Of a DNA stretch of 64,000 nucleotides, positions 12,121 to 25,900 are shown in pieces. The translations under genes and the position numbers were made by a program. This stretch comes from Antedon mediterranea (taxonomy: Eukaryota; Animalia; Echinodermata). Location: assembly GCF_964355755.1 (NCBI RefSeq), contig NC_092675.1:11775812-11839811 (forward strand), given 5' to 3'. Numbering within the stretch: the first letter of the stretch is position 1; every line of letters starts with the position of its first letter. The notes below the pieces were generated by a model. That model ran no database searches. It had not been told where the DNA came from and saw only the letters and a program-made list of their open reading frames with translations.

Positions 12121-13685
12121 TTCTTCTTCATCTTCTTTGTTATTCTTCTTTCTTTCCCGGATTTTTGTGACCAGCATATCTCTATTGCTTGTGAACATAA
12201 CTTTGTATAACTTTGTCAAAAGATTGACCTGTAGCTGTAGATGTGCAAGAAACTTCGTTATATGACGTTAGAGTCGCGCAGCGTAAGTTACGCGCGATTT
12301 TAAGAATTTCAATGATTGGTCATAGATTATAAACCAAAAGTCATTTTTTATTGACACTTGGTGAAAATTTAAGTCATATCAAGGGCGAACTTTCTATGGA
12401 TTAAAAATGGCATGTTTCACAAGAAGTTACGCGCGCACGCGCATTTAAAATTTCAAAATGCGCAAAATTAATTTCTAATCAACTTTCTACGCTGATCATG
12501 ACATTTTGAACATGTGAAAAATTCCCACGCGCGCGAAAAAAATTACGCGTAAGGTGCGCACGGAGCATGAAAATCATGTTTTTTTCTCTTGAATTATGAT
12601 TTTCCAACCTTTCCTAGTCATTTTAAAAAAGATTGACATGATTTGAAATTAAAATGACGTCATACGAACACGTTGATTTATACCATTTTCACGCGTTTTA
12701 GTTGAAAAAGTTACAAAATATTGTCAAAATTATGCCTATCTTTAATCTATTATAGCTCCTCAGGATCATCCACGACCCCCAATTTTTTAAATTTTATATG
12801 TAAGTAGATATGTTGTAGATATGAATTCATGCAGAATCTTTACCCCTCGGATGTTATGACGTCATCGTATGGCCACACGAATGTAAAATATAGAGTTTTT
12901 TACTCTTTCGTTATTGCTCATCACATTAAATAGAGCGCATCTCACTTTTACGTGCCCAAAATTCTTCAAATTTGTTTTAATGTAATTATTTAGATAATTA
13001 TCTTCTAAAATGGTTATCTTTATATGTCAATTTGATGATGTCATCGTGTTAATAATTGGATTAAAAAGATGGGTCTCGTAATTTCGTCTATGCTACACTG
13101 TATATAACATACAGTTTATTCTGTAAAATACTGTAATATGATGTATGCTACATAATAGGTAAGTTGCGGATAACCCTTGTTATTGTAAATATCTTTTTCT
13201 TCATCTTCATCTTCTTTGTTATTCTTCTTTCTTTCCCGGATTTTTGTGTGTCGCATATCCCCTATTGCTTGTGAACATAACTTTGTATAACTTTGTCAAA
13301 AGATTGATCTGTAGCTGTAGATGTGCAAGAAACTTCGTTATATGACGTTAGAGTCGCGCAGTGTATTCTGTAAACACTGTAATATGCTGTATGCTACAAA
13401 ATAGGTACAATTCAGCACTGTAAACATTCTTAATTCATGTCATAGGATGGCATAATAATTGTCGAAGTTCATATAGTTTAAAGTATGTGCATGTTGCGTT
13501 TGCGCGGATAACCCGAACTCGTCAAAGTGACGAGTTCAAATCTAGTTGGTTATCCGCAACTTATAAGTTGCAGGATAACCCTTGTGATTGTAAATATCTT
13601 TTTTCATCTTCTTTGTTATTAGTTATCCGCTTAGTAGCGGATAACTCCTTGTAATCGTCCTGGATCTTTTTTTTTTTTTTCTTTA

Positions 13686-15291
13686 TTAGTTATCCGCTTA
13701 GTAGCGGATAACTCCTTGTAACTGTATGAAATCATCTTTTTTTTTTTTTTTTTTTCTGTATTATTCTTTCTTTCTATCAATTTTGTGTCTCGCGTATCTC
13801 AAAAACTTGTAAACAAAACATTTTATAACTTTGTCAATATGTGGGCATTCACGTGAAATTGTGCACCTCCTATTGTGAATGACGTCAGAATTGCGCAACG
13901 TGATTTACGCGCGTTTTAACGAATTTCGCGTATTTAACATAGATCGAAAACCATATAGCAATTTAAATTGAAACTTAACAAAAGTTTAATTTATATCTTG
14001 CGCTAACTGACTGTCGAAAAAAAATGGCATGTTTCACAAGAAGTTACGCGCGCACAGGCGTTTAAAATTTCAAAATGCGAAAAATCAATTTCTAATCAAC
14101 TTTCTACGCGTTTCATGTCATTTTGAGCATGTCAAAAATTCCCACGCGCGCGCATATTTTTACTCGCACGGTGCGCACGTAGCGTTGAAAATAAATTTTT
14201 TTCGCGTGATTCATGTTTTTCCAGCCTTTTCTAGTAATTTTACCAACTTTTGAACAATTTTGAACTAAAATTACGTCATACGGGCACATCCAATTGGATA
14301 ATTTACGTGCGTTTTTGATGAAAAAGTTCAAAAATTTGTCAAAATTCGTCAAAATTATGCCTTTTTTTAAACATTTATAGATTCTAAACTACGAGGTGAA
14401 CTTTTTTTTAATTATATATTCTGGAAGTTGATGAGTTGTAGATATGGAATCATGCATTAATATGGCTAATCGGACATTATAACGTCATCGTATGGCCACG
14501 CGAATATAAAATATAGGATTTTTATATATTTCGTCATAGCGCATCACATTTAATAGAGCGCATCTCCACTTATCCGTTTTTTATTTTCACCCCGATTTTT
14601 ATATTGTCTAGGTGAATGAACTATCTTTCGCATGAGTTAAAAATATTTTAATTTTTTATGACGTCATCATGTCGAAAATTGTAAATAACGTGGGTCACTT
14701 ATTTTCATCTTTACAGTAAATTTCAATCTGTTATAGCTCATCAGAATAAAAAGTGATAATCATGATTAAAACGTTTTCTGGAAGCTATGGTATTGTAGAT
14801 ACGAATTCATGTAAACACTTTGCCAATCGGATGTTGTGACGTCATCATATGGCCAGTTGAATAAAAAAAAGGCGTATTTCATATTTTGCGTAATAGTTCA
14901 TCACATTTAAAAGGGCGCGCATCTATATTTTACGTATTCAAATTTCTTCTACACGTTAATATATGGTTGCTGAGATAATGTCCTTCCGAAATTGCTATCT
15001 TAGTGTTTCATTTTGATACCGTCGCCATGTTAAAAATAAGAATAAACGGGGGGTCTTGTAATGTCACCTATTCTACACTGTATGTAACATGTATACAGAT
15101 TATACCGTTTGCACTGTATATACTATATGACACAAAATTGACAGAATTCAGCACTAACAGCATATGATATTCTTCAGTTTAGGTCATAATGCCATAATCT
15201 TTTTCCGTGTGCAAAATTCCAACGTATGACGTGCGCGTGGCGTTTGTCGTGCGGATAACTAACTCGTCAAAGTGACGAGTTTCATGTCTAG
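13686..15291 (+). mobile_element. intact HINE copy
   Basis: TTAGTTATCCGC head matches the 3' subterminal GCGGATAACTAA; hairpin and CTAG end present. Confidence 0.85.
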
Positions 15292-15362
15292 TTAGTTATC
15301 CGCACTTGGCGGATAACTCCTTGTGATTGTATGGGATCATCATTTTTTTTTTTTCTGTATTA

Positions 15363-16953
15363 TTAGTTATCCGCACTTGGCGGATAACTCCTTGTTATTG
15401 TATGGGATCAATATTTTTTTCTGTATTATTCTTCTTTCTTTCTCGCTATTTTTGTGTAGAGCGTTTCTCTAAAATGTGTAAACATAACATTTTATAACTT
15501 TGACAACATGTGGGCATTTACGTGAAGTTCTGCACCTCCTATTTTTGAATTACGTCAGAGTTGCGTAACGTGACTTACGCGCGATTTTATGATTTTTTAT
15601 GATTGATCATAGATTAAAAACTAAAAGTGATTTTTAATTGACACTTTGTGAAAGTTTAATTTATATCATGCGCTAACTTTCTGTTTGAAAAAAATTGCGT
15701 GTTTTACACAAAGTTACGCGCGCACGCGCATTTAAAATTTCAAAATGCGCAAAAATAATTTCTAATCAACTTTCTACGCGTTTCATGTCATTTTAAGCAT
15801 GTACAAAATTACCGCGCGCGCGAAAAATATTACGCGCACGGTGCGCATAGAGCATGAAAATCATGTTTTTTTCTCTTGAATTGTGATTTTCCAGCCTTTC
15901 CTAGTCATTTTCAAAAAGATTGACATCATTTCAAATTAAAATGACGTCATACGAACACGTTGATTTAGCCCATTTGCGCGCGTTTTAGTTGAAAAAGTTA
16001 CAAAATGTTGTCAAAATTATGCCTATTTTGAATGTTTTATAGCTTCTCAAGATCAACGATTACCCCTAATTTTTTTAACTTAATATGTAAGCAGATATGT
16101 TGTAGATATGAATTCATGCAGAATTTTTACCTCACGGATGTTGTGACGTCATCATATGGCCACACGAATGTAAAATATAGGATTTTTTTGTCTTTCGTTA
16201 TTGCTCATCACATTCAATGGAGCGCATCACGCTTATACGTATTTCTTTTTCTCCGAGATTTTAATATTGTCTAGGTCAATCAACTATCTTTCGCATGAGA
16301 TAAAAATATTTTAATTTTTATGACGTCATCATGCCTAAAAATTTTAATTACGTGGGTCATTAATTTCATCTTTACAGTAAATTTTAATCTGTAATAGCTC
16401 GTCAAAATAAAATGTGATAATCACGATTAAAACATTTTCTGGAAGCTCTTGGATTGTAGATATGAAATCCTGTGAACATTTTGCCAATCAGATGCTGTGA
16501 CGTCATCATATTGCAAGTTAAATAAAAAAAGTCGTATTTTCATCTTTTGCATCATAGTTCATTATATTTAAAAGAGCGCGCATCAATATTAAACGTATTC
16601 AAATTTCTTCTACACGTTAATATGTTGTTGCTGAGATAATTTGCTTCCGAAATTGCTATCTTAGTGTTTCATCTTGATACCGTCGCCATGTTTTTACAAA
16701 TTTGAATAAATGGCGGGTCCCGTAATTTCACCTATTCTACACTGTATGTAACATGTATACAGATTATACTGTTTGCATGTATATACTATATGACATAAAA
16801 TTGACAGAATTCAGCACTAACAACATATCATATTCTTCAGATCAGGTCATAATGCCATAATTTTTTCTGTGTGCAATATTCTAACGTATGACGTGCACGT
16901 GGCGTTTGTCGTGCGGATAACTAACTCGTCAAAGTGACGAGTTACATGTCTAG
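15363..16953 (+). mobile_element. intact HINE copy inserted into the head of another HINE
   Basis: Removing it restores ctgtatta|ttcttatttctttccttcc, which is seen uninterrupted at ~26680. Confidence 0.88.
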
Positions 16954-19900
16954 TTCTTATTTCTTTCCTTCCATTTTTGTGTAGAGCGTTTCTCTAACAT
17001 GTGTAAACATAACATTTCATAACTTTGAAAACATGTGGGCATTTACGTGAAGTTGTGTACCTCCTATTTTTTAATGACATCAGAGTTGCGCAACGTGACT
17101 TACGCGCGATTTATGATTTGTTATGATTGATCATAGATTAAAAACTAAAAGTGATTTTTAATTGACACTTTGTGAAATTTTAATTTATATCATGCGCTAA
17201 CTTTCTGTTGAAAAAAAATTGCGTGTTTTACACAAAGTTACGCGCGCACGCGCATTTAAAATTTCAAAATGCGCAAAAATAATTTCTAATCAACTTTCTA
17301 CGCGTTTCATGTCATTTTAAGCATGTCAAAAATTACCGCGCGCGCGAAAAATATTACGCGTACGGTGCGCATAGAGCATGAAAATCATGTTTTTTTCTCT
17401 TGAATTGTGATTTTCCAGCCTTTCCTACTCATTTTCAAAAAGATTGACATCATTTCAAATTAAAATTACGTCATACGAACACGTTGATTTAGCCCATTTG
17501 CGCGCGTTTTAGTTGAAAAAGTTACAAAATGTTGTCAAAATTATGCCTATTTTGAATCTTTTATAGCTTCTCAGGATCAACGATTACCCCTAATTTTTTT
17601 AACTTAATATGTAAGCAGATATGTTGTAGATATGAATTCATGCAGAATTTTTACCTCACGGATGTTGTGACGTCATCATATGGCCACACGAATGTAAAAT
17701 ATAGGATTTTATTGTCTTTCGTTATTGCTCATCATATTCAATGGAGCGCATCACGCTTATACGTATTCCTTTTTCTCCGAGATTTTAATATTGTCTAGGT
17801 CAATCAACTATCTTTCGCATGGGATAAAAATATTTTAATTTTTATGACGTCATCATGCCTAAAAATTTTAATTACGTGGGTCATTAATTTCATCTTTACA
17901 GTAAATTTTAATCTGTAATAGCCCTTAAAAATAAAATTTGATAATCACGATTAAAACATTTTCTGGAAGCTATTGGATTGTAGATATGAAATCATGTGAA
18001 AATTTTGCCAATCGGATGTTGTGACGTCATCATATGACCAGTTAAATAAAAAAGTCGTATTTTCATCATTTGCGTCATAATTTATTCCATTTAAAAGAGC
18101 GCGCATCAATATTTTACGTATTTAAATTTCTTCTACACATTAATATGTTGTTGCCGAGATAATTTCCTTCCGAAATTGCTATCTTAGTGTTTCATTTTGA
18201 TACCGTCGCCATGTTAAAAATTGGAATAAATGGCGGGTCCAGTCATTTCACCTATTCTACACTGCATGTAATATGTATACAGATTATATTGTATATACTA
18301 TATGACAAAAAATAACAGAATTCAGCAATAACAACATATCATATTCTTCAGTTCAGGTCATATTGCCATAATCTTTTTCTGTGTGCAATATTCCAACGTA
18401 TGACGTGCACGTGGCGTTTGTCGTGCGGATAACTAACTCGTCAAAGTGACGAGTTACATGTCTAGTATTATTCTTCTTTCTTTCTCCTCCATTTTTGTGT
18501 CTCGCGTATCTCAAAAACTTGTACACATAACATTTCATAACTTTGTCATCATATGGACATTTACGTGAAGTTGTGCACCTCCTATTTTTTAATGACGTCA
18601 GAGTTGCGCAACGTGACTTACGCGCGATTTTATGAATTTCATTGATTGATCATAGGATAAAAAATAAAAGTCCTTTTGTATTGACACTTGGTGAATATTT
18701 AAGTCATATCAAGGGCAAACTTTCTATGGATTAAAAATGGCATGTTTTACAAGAAATTTACGTGCACACGCGCATTTCTCCTCCATTTTTGTGTCTCGCG
18801 TATCTCAAAAACGTGTAAATATAACATTTCATAACTTTTTCAACATATGGGCATTCACGTGAAGTTGTGCACCTCCTATTGTGAATGACCTCAGAAATGC
18901 GCAACGTGACTTACGCGCGATTTTATGAATTTTGCGTATTTAACATAGATTGAAAACCATTTAACAATTTAAATTGAAACTTAGCAAAAGTTTAATTTAT
19001 ATCTTGCGCTAAGTTTTTGTGCACTAAAAATGGCATGTTTTACCCGAAGTTATGCGCGCATGCGCATTTAAAATTTAAAATGCGCAAAATTTATTTCTAA
19101 TCAACTTTCTACGCTGATCATGCCATTTTGAGCATTTCAAAAATTCCCACGCGCGCGAACAATCTTACGCGCGTGGTCCGCAAGTAGCGCTAAAAACATC
19201 TTTTTTGCGTGAATTATGTTTTTTCAGCCTTTTATAGTAATTTTATCAACTTTTAAAACAATTTAGACTTAAAATTACGTCATACGAGCACGTCGAATTG
19301 TACAATTTGTGCGTGTTTTTAATGAAAAAATTCAAAAATTCGTCAAAATTATGCCTTTTTTTAAACAATCATAGATTCTAAACTACGAGGTAAACTTTTT
19401 TTTACTTACATGTTCTGGAAGGTGATGAGTTGTAGATATCGGATCATTAATCAATATGGTTAACCGGACATTGTGACGTCATCGTATGGTCACACGAATG
19501 TAAAATATATGATTTTTGTCTCTTTCATTATTGCTCCTCACATTAAATGGAGCGCATCACCGTTATCTGTATTCCTTTTTCTCCGAGATTTTAATATTGT
19601 CTAGGTCAATCAACTATCTTATGCATGTGTTAAAAATATTTAATTTTTATGACATCATCATGCCTAAAAATTTAAATTAGGTGTTATACTGTGTACTTTA
19701 AAATGTATATACTATATGACACAAAATAGACAGAATTTAGCACTAACAACATATCATATTCTTCAGTTCAGGTCATAATGCCATAATCTTTTTCTGTGTG
19801 CAACATTCCAACGTATGACGTGCACGTGGCGTTTGTCGAGCGGATAACTAACTCGTCAAAGTGACGAGTTTCATGTCTAGTTCTTCTTTCTTTCCCGGAT

Positions 19901-22900
19901 TTTTGTGACCAGCATATCTCTATTACTTGTGAACATAACTTTGTATAACTTGGTAAAAAGATTGACATTGAAGTGTAGATGTGCAGCCAAGCTTTTGGAC
20001 GATGTCATAGCCGCGTTGCGTAAGTTACGCGCAATTTTATGAATTTCTATAACTGATCATAACTATAGAACCAACAAATATTCTTTCATGAACCTTAGTG
20101 AAAATTTAAGTCATATCAAGGGCAAACTTTCTATGGATTAAAAATTGCATGTTTCACAAAAAGTTAAGCGCGCACGCGCATGTAAAATTTCAAAATGCGC
20201 AAAATTAATTTCTAATCAACTTTCTACGCTGATCATAACATTTTGAGCATGTCAAAAATTCCCACGCGCGCGAAAAAAATTACGCGTAAGGTGCGCACGG
20301 AGCATAAAAATCATGTGTTTTTCTCTTGAATTATAATTTTACAGTCTTTCCTAGTCATTTTAAAAAAGATTGACATCATTTCAAATTAAAATGACGTCAT
20401 ACGAACACGTTGATTTAGACAATTTGCGCGCATTTTAGTTGCAAAAGTGACAAAATATTGCCAAAATTATGCCTATTTTTAATCTATTATAGCTCCTCAG
20501 GATCATCCATGACCCCCAATTTTTGTAATTTGATATGTAAGCAGATTTGTTGTAGATATGAATTCATGCAGAATATTTACCCCTCGGATGTTATGACGTC
20601 ATCGTATGGCCACACGAATGTAAAATATAGGATTTTTTACTCTTTCGTTATTGCTCATCACATTAAATAGAGCGCATCTCACTTTTACGTGCCCAAAATT
20701 CTTCAAATTTGTTTTAATGTAATTATTTAGATAATTATCTTCTAAAATTGTTATCTTTATATGTCAATTTGATGACGTCATCGTGTTAATAATTGGATTT
20801 AAAAGATGGGTCTCGTAATTTTGTCTATGCTACACTGTATATAACATATACAGTTTATTCTGTAAAATACTGTAATATGATGTATGCTATATAATAGGTA
20901 CAATTCAGCACTGTAAACATATGTATTTTATGTCATAGGATGGCATAATAATTGTCGAGGTTCATATGGTTAAGTATGTGCATGTTGCGTTTGCGCGGAT
21001 AACCCGAACTCGTGAAAGTGACGAGTTCAAATCTAGTTTTTCTATGTTATTCTTCTTTCTTTCCCAGAATTTTGTGTCACGTGTATCTCAAATTCTGATC
21101 AACATTACATCGTATAACTTTGTCAGAAGATTTACCTCTATCTGTAGAAGTGCAGGACAGCTCGTTTTTTTACTTTAGAGTCGCGCAGCGTAAGCTACGC
21201 GCAATTTTATGAATTTTGCGTATTTAACATAGACTAAAAAGCAAAAGTCATTTTGTAATGACACTTGGTGAACATTTAAGTCATATAATGCGCAAACTTT
21301 CTATGGATTAAAAATCGCATGTTCCACAAAAAGTTACGCGCGCACGCGCGTTTAAAATTTCAAGATGCGAAAAATCAATTTCTAATCAACTTTCTACGCG
21401 TTTCATGTCATTTTGAGCATTTCAAAAATTCCCACGCGTGCGCAATTTTTTTACGCGCGCGTGCGCACGTAGCGCAAAACCATCATTTTTTTGCTTGATT
21501 TTTGTTTTTCCTGTCTTTTTTAGTAAATTTACCAACTTTCAAACAATTTCAACTTAAAATCACGTCATACGAGCACGTAGAATTAAATAATTTACGCGCA
21601 TTTTTGATGAAAAAGTTCAAAAATTTGTCAAAATTATGCCTTTTTTTAAACAGTCATAGATTCTAAACTACGTAGTGAACTTTTTTAAAATTACATATTC
21701 TGAATGTAGATGAGTTGTAGATATCGAATCATGCATCGATTTGGCTAACCGGACATTGTGACGTCATCGTATGGCCACACGAATATCAAATATAGGATTT
21801 TTGTCTCTTTCGTCATAGCTCATCACATTTAATAGAGCGCATCTCCACTTATCCGTATTCCATTTTCCCCCATTTTTATATATTGTCTAGGTCAATCAAT
21901 TATCTTTCGATTGATTCACCATTTTTAAAATTGTTATGACGTCATCATGTCCAAAAGCGTCAATAACTTTGGTCACTTATTTTCACCTTTTCTGCACTGT
22001 ATGTAGTACGTATACAGTATATAGTGTATACCGTATATATTTAGACGTGACACAAAATAGAGGGCGCACTCACATTTTTTTCAATGGCATAATCGTTTTT
22101 CTGCGCGCAATATTTTAACGTATGACGTGCACGTGGCTTTTGCGCTGCGGATAACCTAACTCGTCCGTCAAGAGTTCAAAAATTTTGACCTAAAATTACG
22201 TCATACGGGCACATCCAATTGGATAATTTACGTGCGTTTTTGATGAAAAGGTTAAAAAATGTGTCAAAATTCGTCAAAATTATGCCTTTTTTTAAACATT
22301 CATAGATTCTAAACTACAGTACGAGGTGAACTTTTTTTAAATTATATATTCTGGAAGTTGATGAGTATTAGATATGGAATCATGCATTAATATGGCTAAT
22401 CGGACATTATAACGTCATCGTATGGCCACACGAATATAAAATATAGGATTTTTATATCTTTCATCATAGCTCATCACATTTAATAGAGTGCATCTCCACT
22501 TATTCGTTGTCCATTTTAACCCCGATTTTAATATATTCTAGGTCAATCAACTATCTTTTGCATGAATTCAAAATTTTTTAATTTGTTTAACGTCATCATG
22601 CCTAAAAATTTAAATTACGTTGGTCATTAATTTCATCTTTACAGTAAATTTTAATCTGTTATAGCTCGTAAGAATAAAATGTGATAATCACGATTAAAAC
22701 GTTTTCAGGAAGCTATTGTATTGTAGATACAAAATCATGTGAAAATTGTGCCAATCGAATGTTGTGACGTCATCATATGGCCAGTTAAATAAAAAAAGTC
22801 GTATTTTCATCTTTAAAAGAGCGCGCATCAATATTTCACGTATTCAAATTTCTTCTACACGTTAATATGTTGTTGCTGAGATAATTTCATTCTGAAATTT

Positions 22901-25900
22901 CTACTTTTGCATTTCATTTTGAAACCGTCAAGATGTTAAAAATTACAATAAAATACGGGTCCCGTAATTTCACCTATTTTACTGTACACTGTTTGTGATA
23001 TGTATACAGATTGTACTGTGTATACTATATGACACAAAATAACAGAATTCAGAAATAACAACATATCATATTCTTCAGTTCAGGTCATAATGCCTTAATA
23101 TTTTTCTGTGTGCAATATTCTAACGTATGACGTGCACGTGGCGTTTGTCGAGCGGATAACTAACTCGTCAAAGTGACGAGTTTCATGTCTAGTTAGTTAT
23201 CCGCACTCAGCGGATAACTCCTTGTAACTGTCCTGTTACTTTTTGGTTATCCGCAACTTAGTTGCAGGATAACCCATGTGATTGTAAATATCTTTTTTTT
23301 TCATCTTCTTTGTTATTAGTTATCCGCTTAGTAGCGGATAACTCCTTGTAATCGTCCTGTTCTTATTTCTTTCTCCCTCATTTTTGTGTCTCACGTATCT
23401 CAAAAACTTGTAAACATAACATTTCATAACTTTGTCAACATATGGGCATTTACGTGAAGTGGTGCACCTCCTATTTTTGAATGACGTCAGAGTTGCGCAA
23501 CGTGACTTACGTGCGATTTTATTATTTTTTATGATTGATCATAGACTAAAAACCAAGCATAAATTTGTTTTGACACTTTGTGAAAATTTAAGTCATATCA
23601 AGGGCAAACTTTTTGTGGATTAAAAATGGCATGTTTTACAAGACGTTACGCGCGCACGCGCATTTCTCCTCTATTTTTGTGTCTCACGTATCTCAAAAAC
23701 GTGTAAACATAACATTTCATAACTTTGTCAACTTATGGGCATTCACGTGAAGTTGTGCACCTCCTATTGTGAATGACGTCAGAAATGCGCAACGTGACTT
23801 ACGCGCGATTTTATGAATTTTGCGTATTTAACATAGATTTAAAACCATATAACAATTTAAATTGAAACTTAGCAAAAGTTTAATTTATATCATGCGCTAA
23901 CTTTCTGTGGAAAAAAAATTGCGTGTTTTACACAAAGTTACGTGCGCACGCGCATTTAAAATTTAAAATGCGCAAAATTAATTTTTAATCAACTTTCTAC
24001 GCTGATCATGACATTTTGAGCATGTCAAAATTTCCCACGTGCGCGAACAATTTTATGTGCGTAGTGCGCACGTAGCACTAAAAGTATTTTTTTTTTATTG
24101 AATTATGTTTTTCCAGCCTTTTATAGTAATTTTACCAATTTTAAAACAATTTCGACTTACAATTACGTCATACGGGCACGTTGAATTGGATACTTTACGT
24201 GCGTTTTTGATGAAAAAGTTCAAAAATTTGTCAAAATTATGCCTTTTTTTAAACAGTCATGGATTCTAAACAACGAGGTGAACTTTTTTTTAATTACATA
24301 TTCTGGAAGTTGATGAGTTGTAGAAATCGGATCATGAATCAATGTGGCTAACCGGACATTGTGACGTCATCGTATGGCCACACGAATGTAAAATATAGGA
24401 TTTTTGTCTCTTTCGTTATTGCTCATCATATTCAATGGAGCGCATCACGCCTATCTGTATTCCTTTTTCTCCGAGATTTTAATATTGTCTAGGTCAATCA
24501 ACTATCTTACGCATGAGTTAAAAATATTTTAATTTTTATGACGTCACCATGCCTAAAAATTTTAATTAACAGCGTCATTAATTTCATCTTTACAGTAAAT
24601 TTTAATCGGTTATAGCTCGTAAGAATAAAATGTGATAATCACAAATAAAGCGTTTTCTGGAAGATATTGGATTGTAGATTCGAAATCATGTAAACATTTT
24701 GCCGATCGGATGTTGTGATGTCATCATATGGCCAGTTATATAAAAATTGTCGTATTTTCATCTTTTGTGTCATAATTCATTACATTTAAAAGAGCGCGCA
24801 TCAATATTTTACGTATTCAAATTTCTTCTACACGTTAATATGTTGTTGCTGAGATAATTTCCTTCCGAAATTGCTACCTTCGCGTTTCATTTTAAAACCG
24901 TCAACATGTTAAAAATTGCAATAAATGGGAGGTCCCATAATTTCACTTATTTTACACTGTATGTATGTATACATATTATACTATAATAATACTATATGAC
25001 ACAAAATTGACAGAATTCAGCACTAACAACATATCATATTCTTCAGTTCAGGTCATAATGCCATAATCTTTTTCTCTGTGCAATATTCCAACGTATGACG
25101 TGCACGTGGCGTTTGTCGTGCGGATAACTAACTCGTCAAAGTGACGAGTTTCATGTCTAGTGCTTCTTTCCTTCTGTCATTTTTGTGCGTCGCGTTTCTC
25201 TAAAACGTGTAAACAGAACATATCGTAACTTTGTCAACATATCGACATTTACGTGAACTTGTGCACCTCCTATTTTTGAATGACGTCAGATTGGCGCAAC
25301 GTGACTTACGTGCGATTTTATGAATTTCGCGTATTTAACATAGATCGAAAACCATAAAAGATTTTAAACTGAAACTTTGCAAAAGTTTAATTTGTGTCAT
25401 TCGCTAACTTTCTGTGAAAAAAAAATTGCGTGTTTTACACAAAGTTACGCGTGCACGCGCATTTTAAAATGCGCAAAATTAATTTCTATTCAATTTTCTA
25501 CGAGTTTCATGTCATTTTAAGCATGTCAAAAATTCCCACGCGTGCGCAAATTTTTACGTGTGTGGTGCGTATGTAGCATTAAAAACATATTTTTTTCGCG
25601 TGATTTATATTTGTCCAGCCTTTTCTAGTAATTTTACCAACTTTTAAACAATTTCAACTTAAAGTTACGTCATACGAGCACGTCGAATTGGACAATTTGC
25701 GCGCGTTTTTGATGAAAAAGTTCAAAATTTGTCAAAATTATGCCTTTTTTTAAACAGTCATAATTTCTAAACTACACGATCAACTTTTTGTGGATGACAA
25801 ATTCTGGAAGTTGATGAGTTGTAGATATCGGATCATGTATTTTTATGGCTAACCGGACATTGTGACGTCATCGTATGGCCACGTGAATATAAAATTTAGG

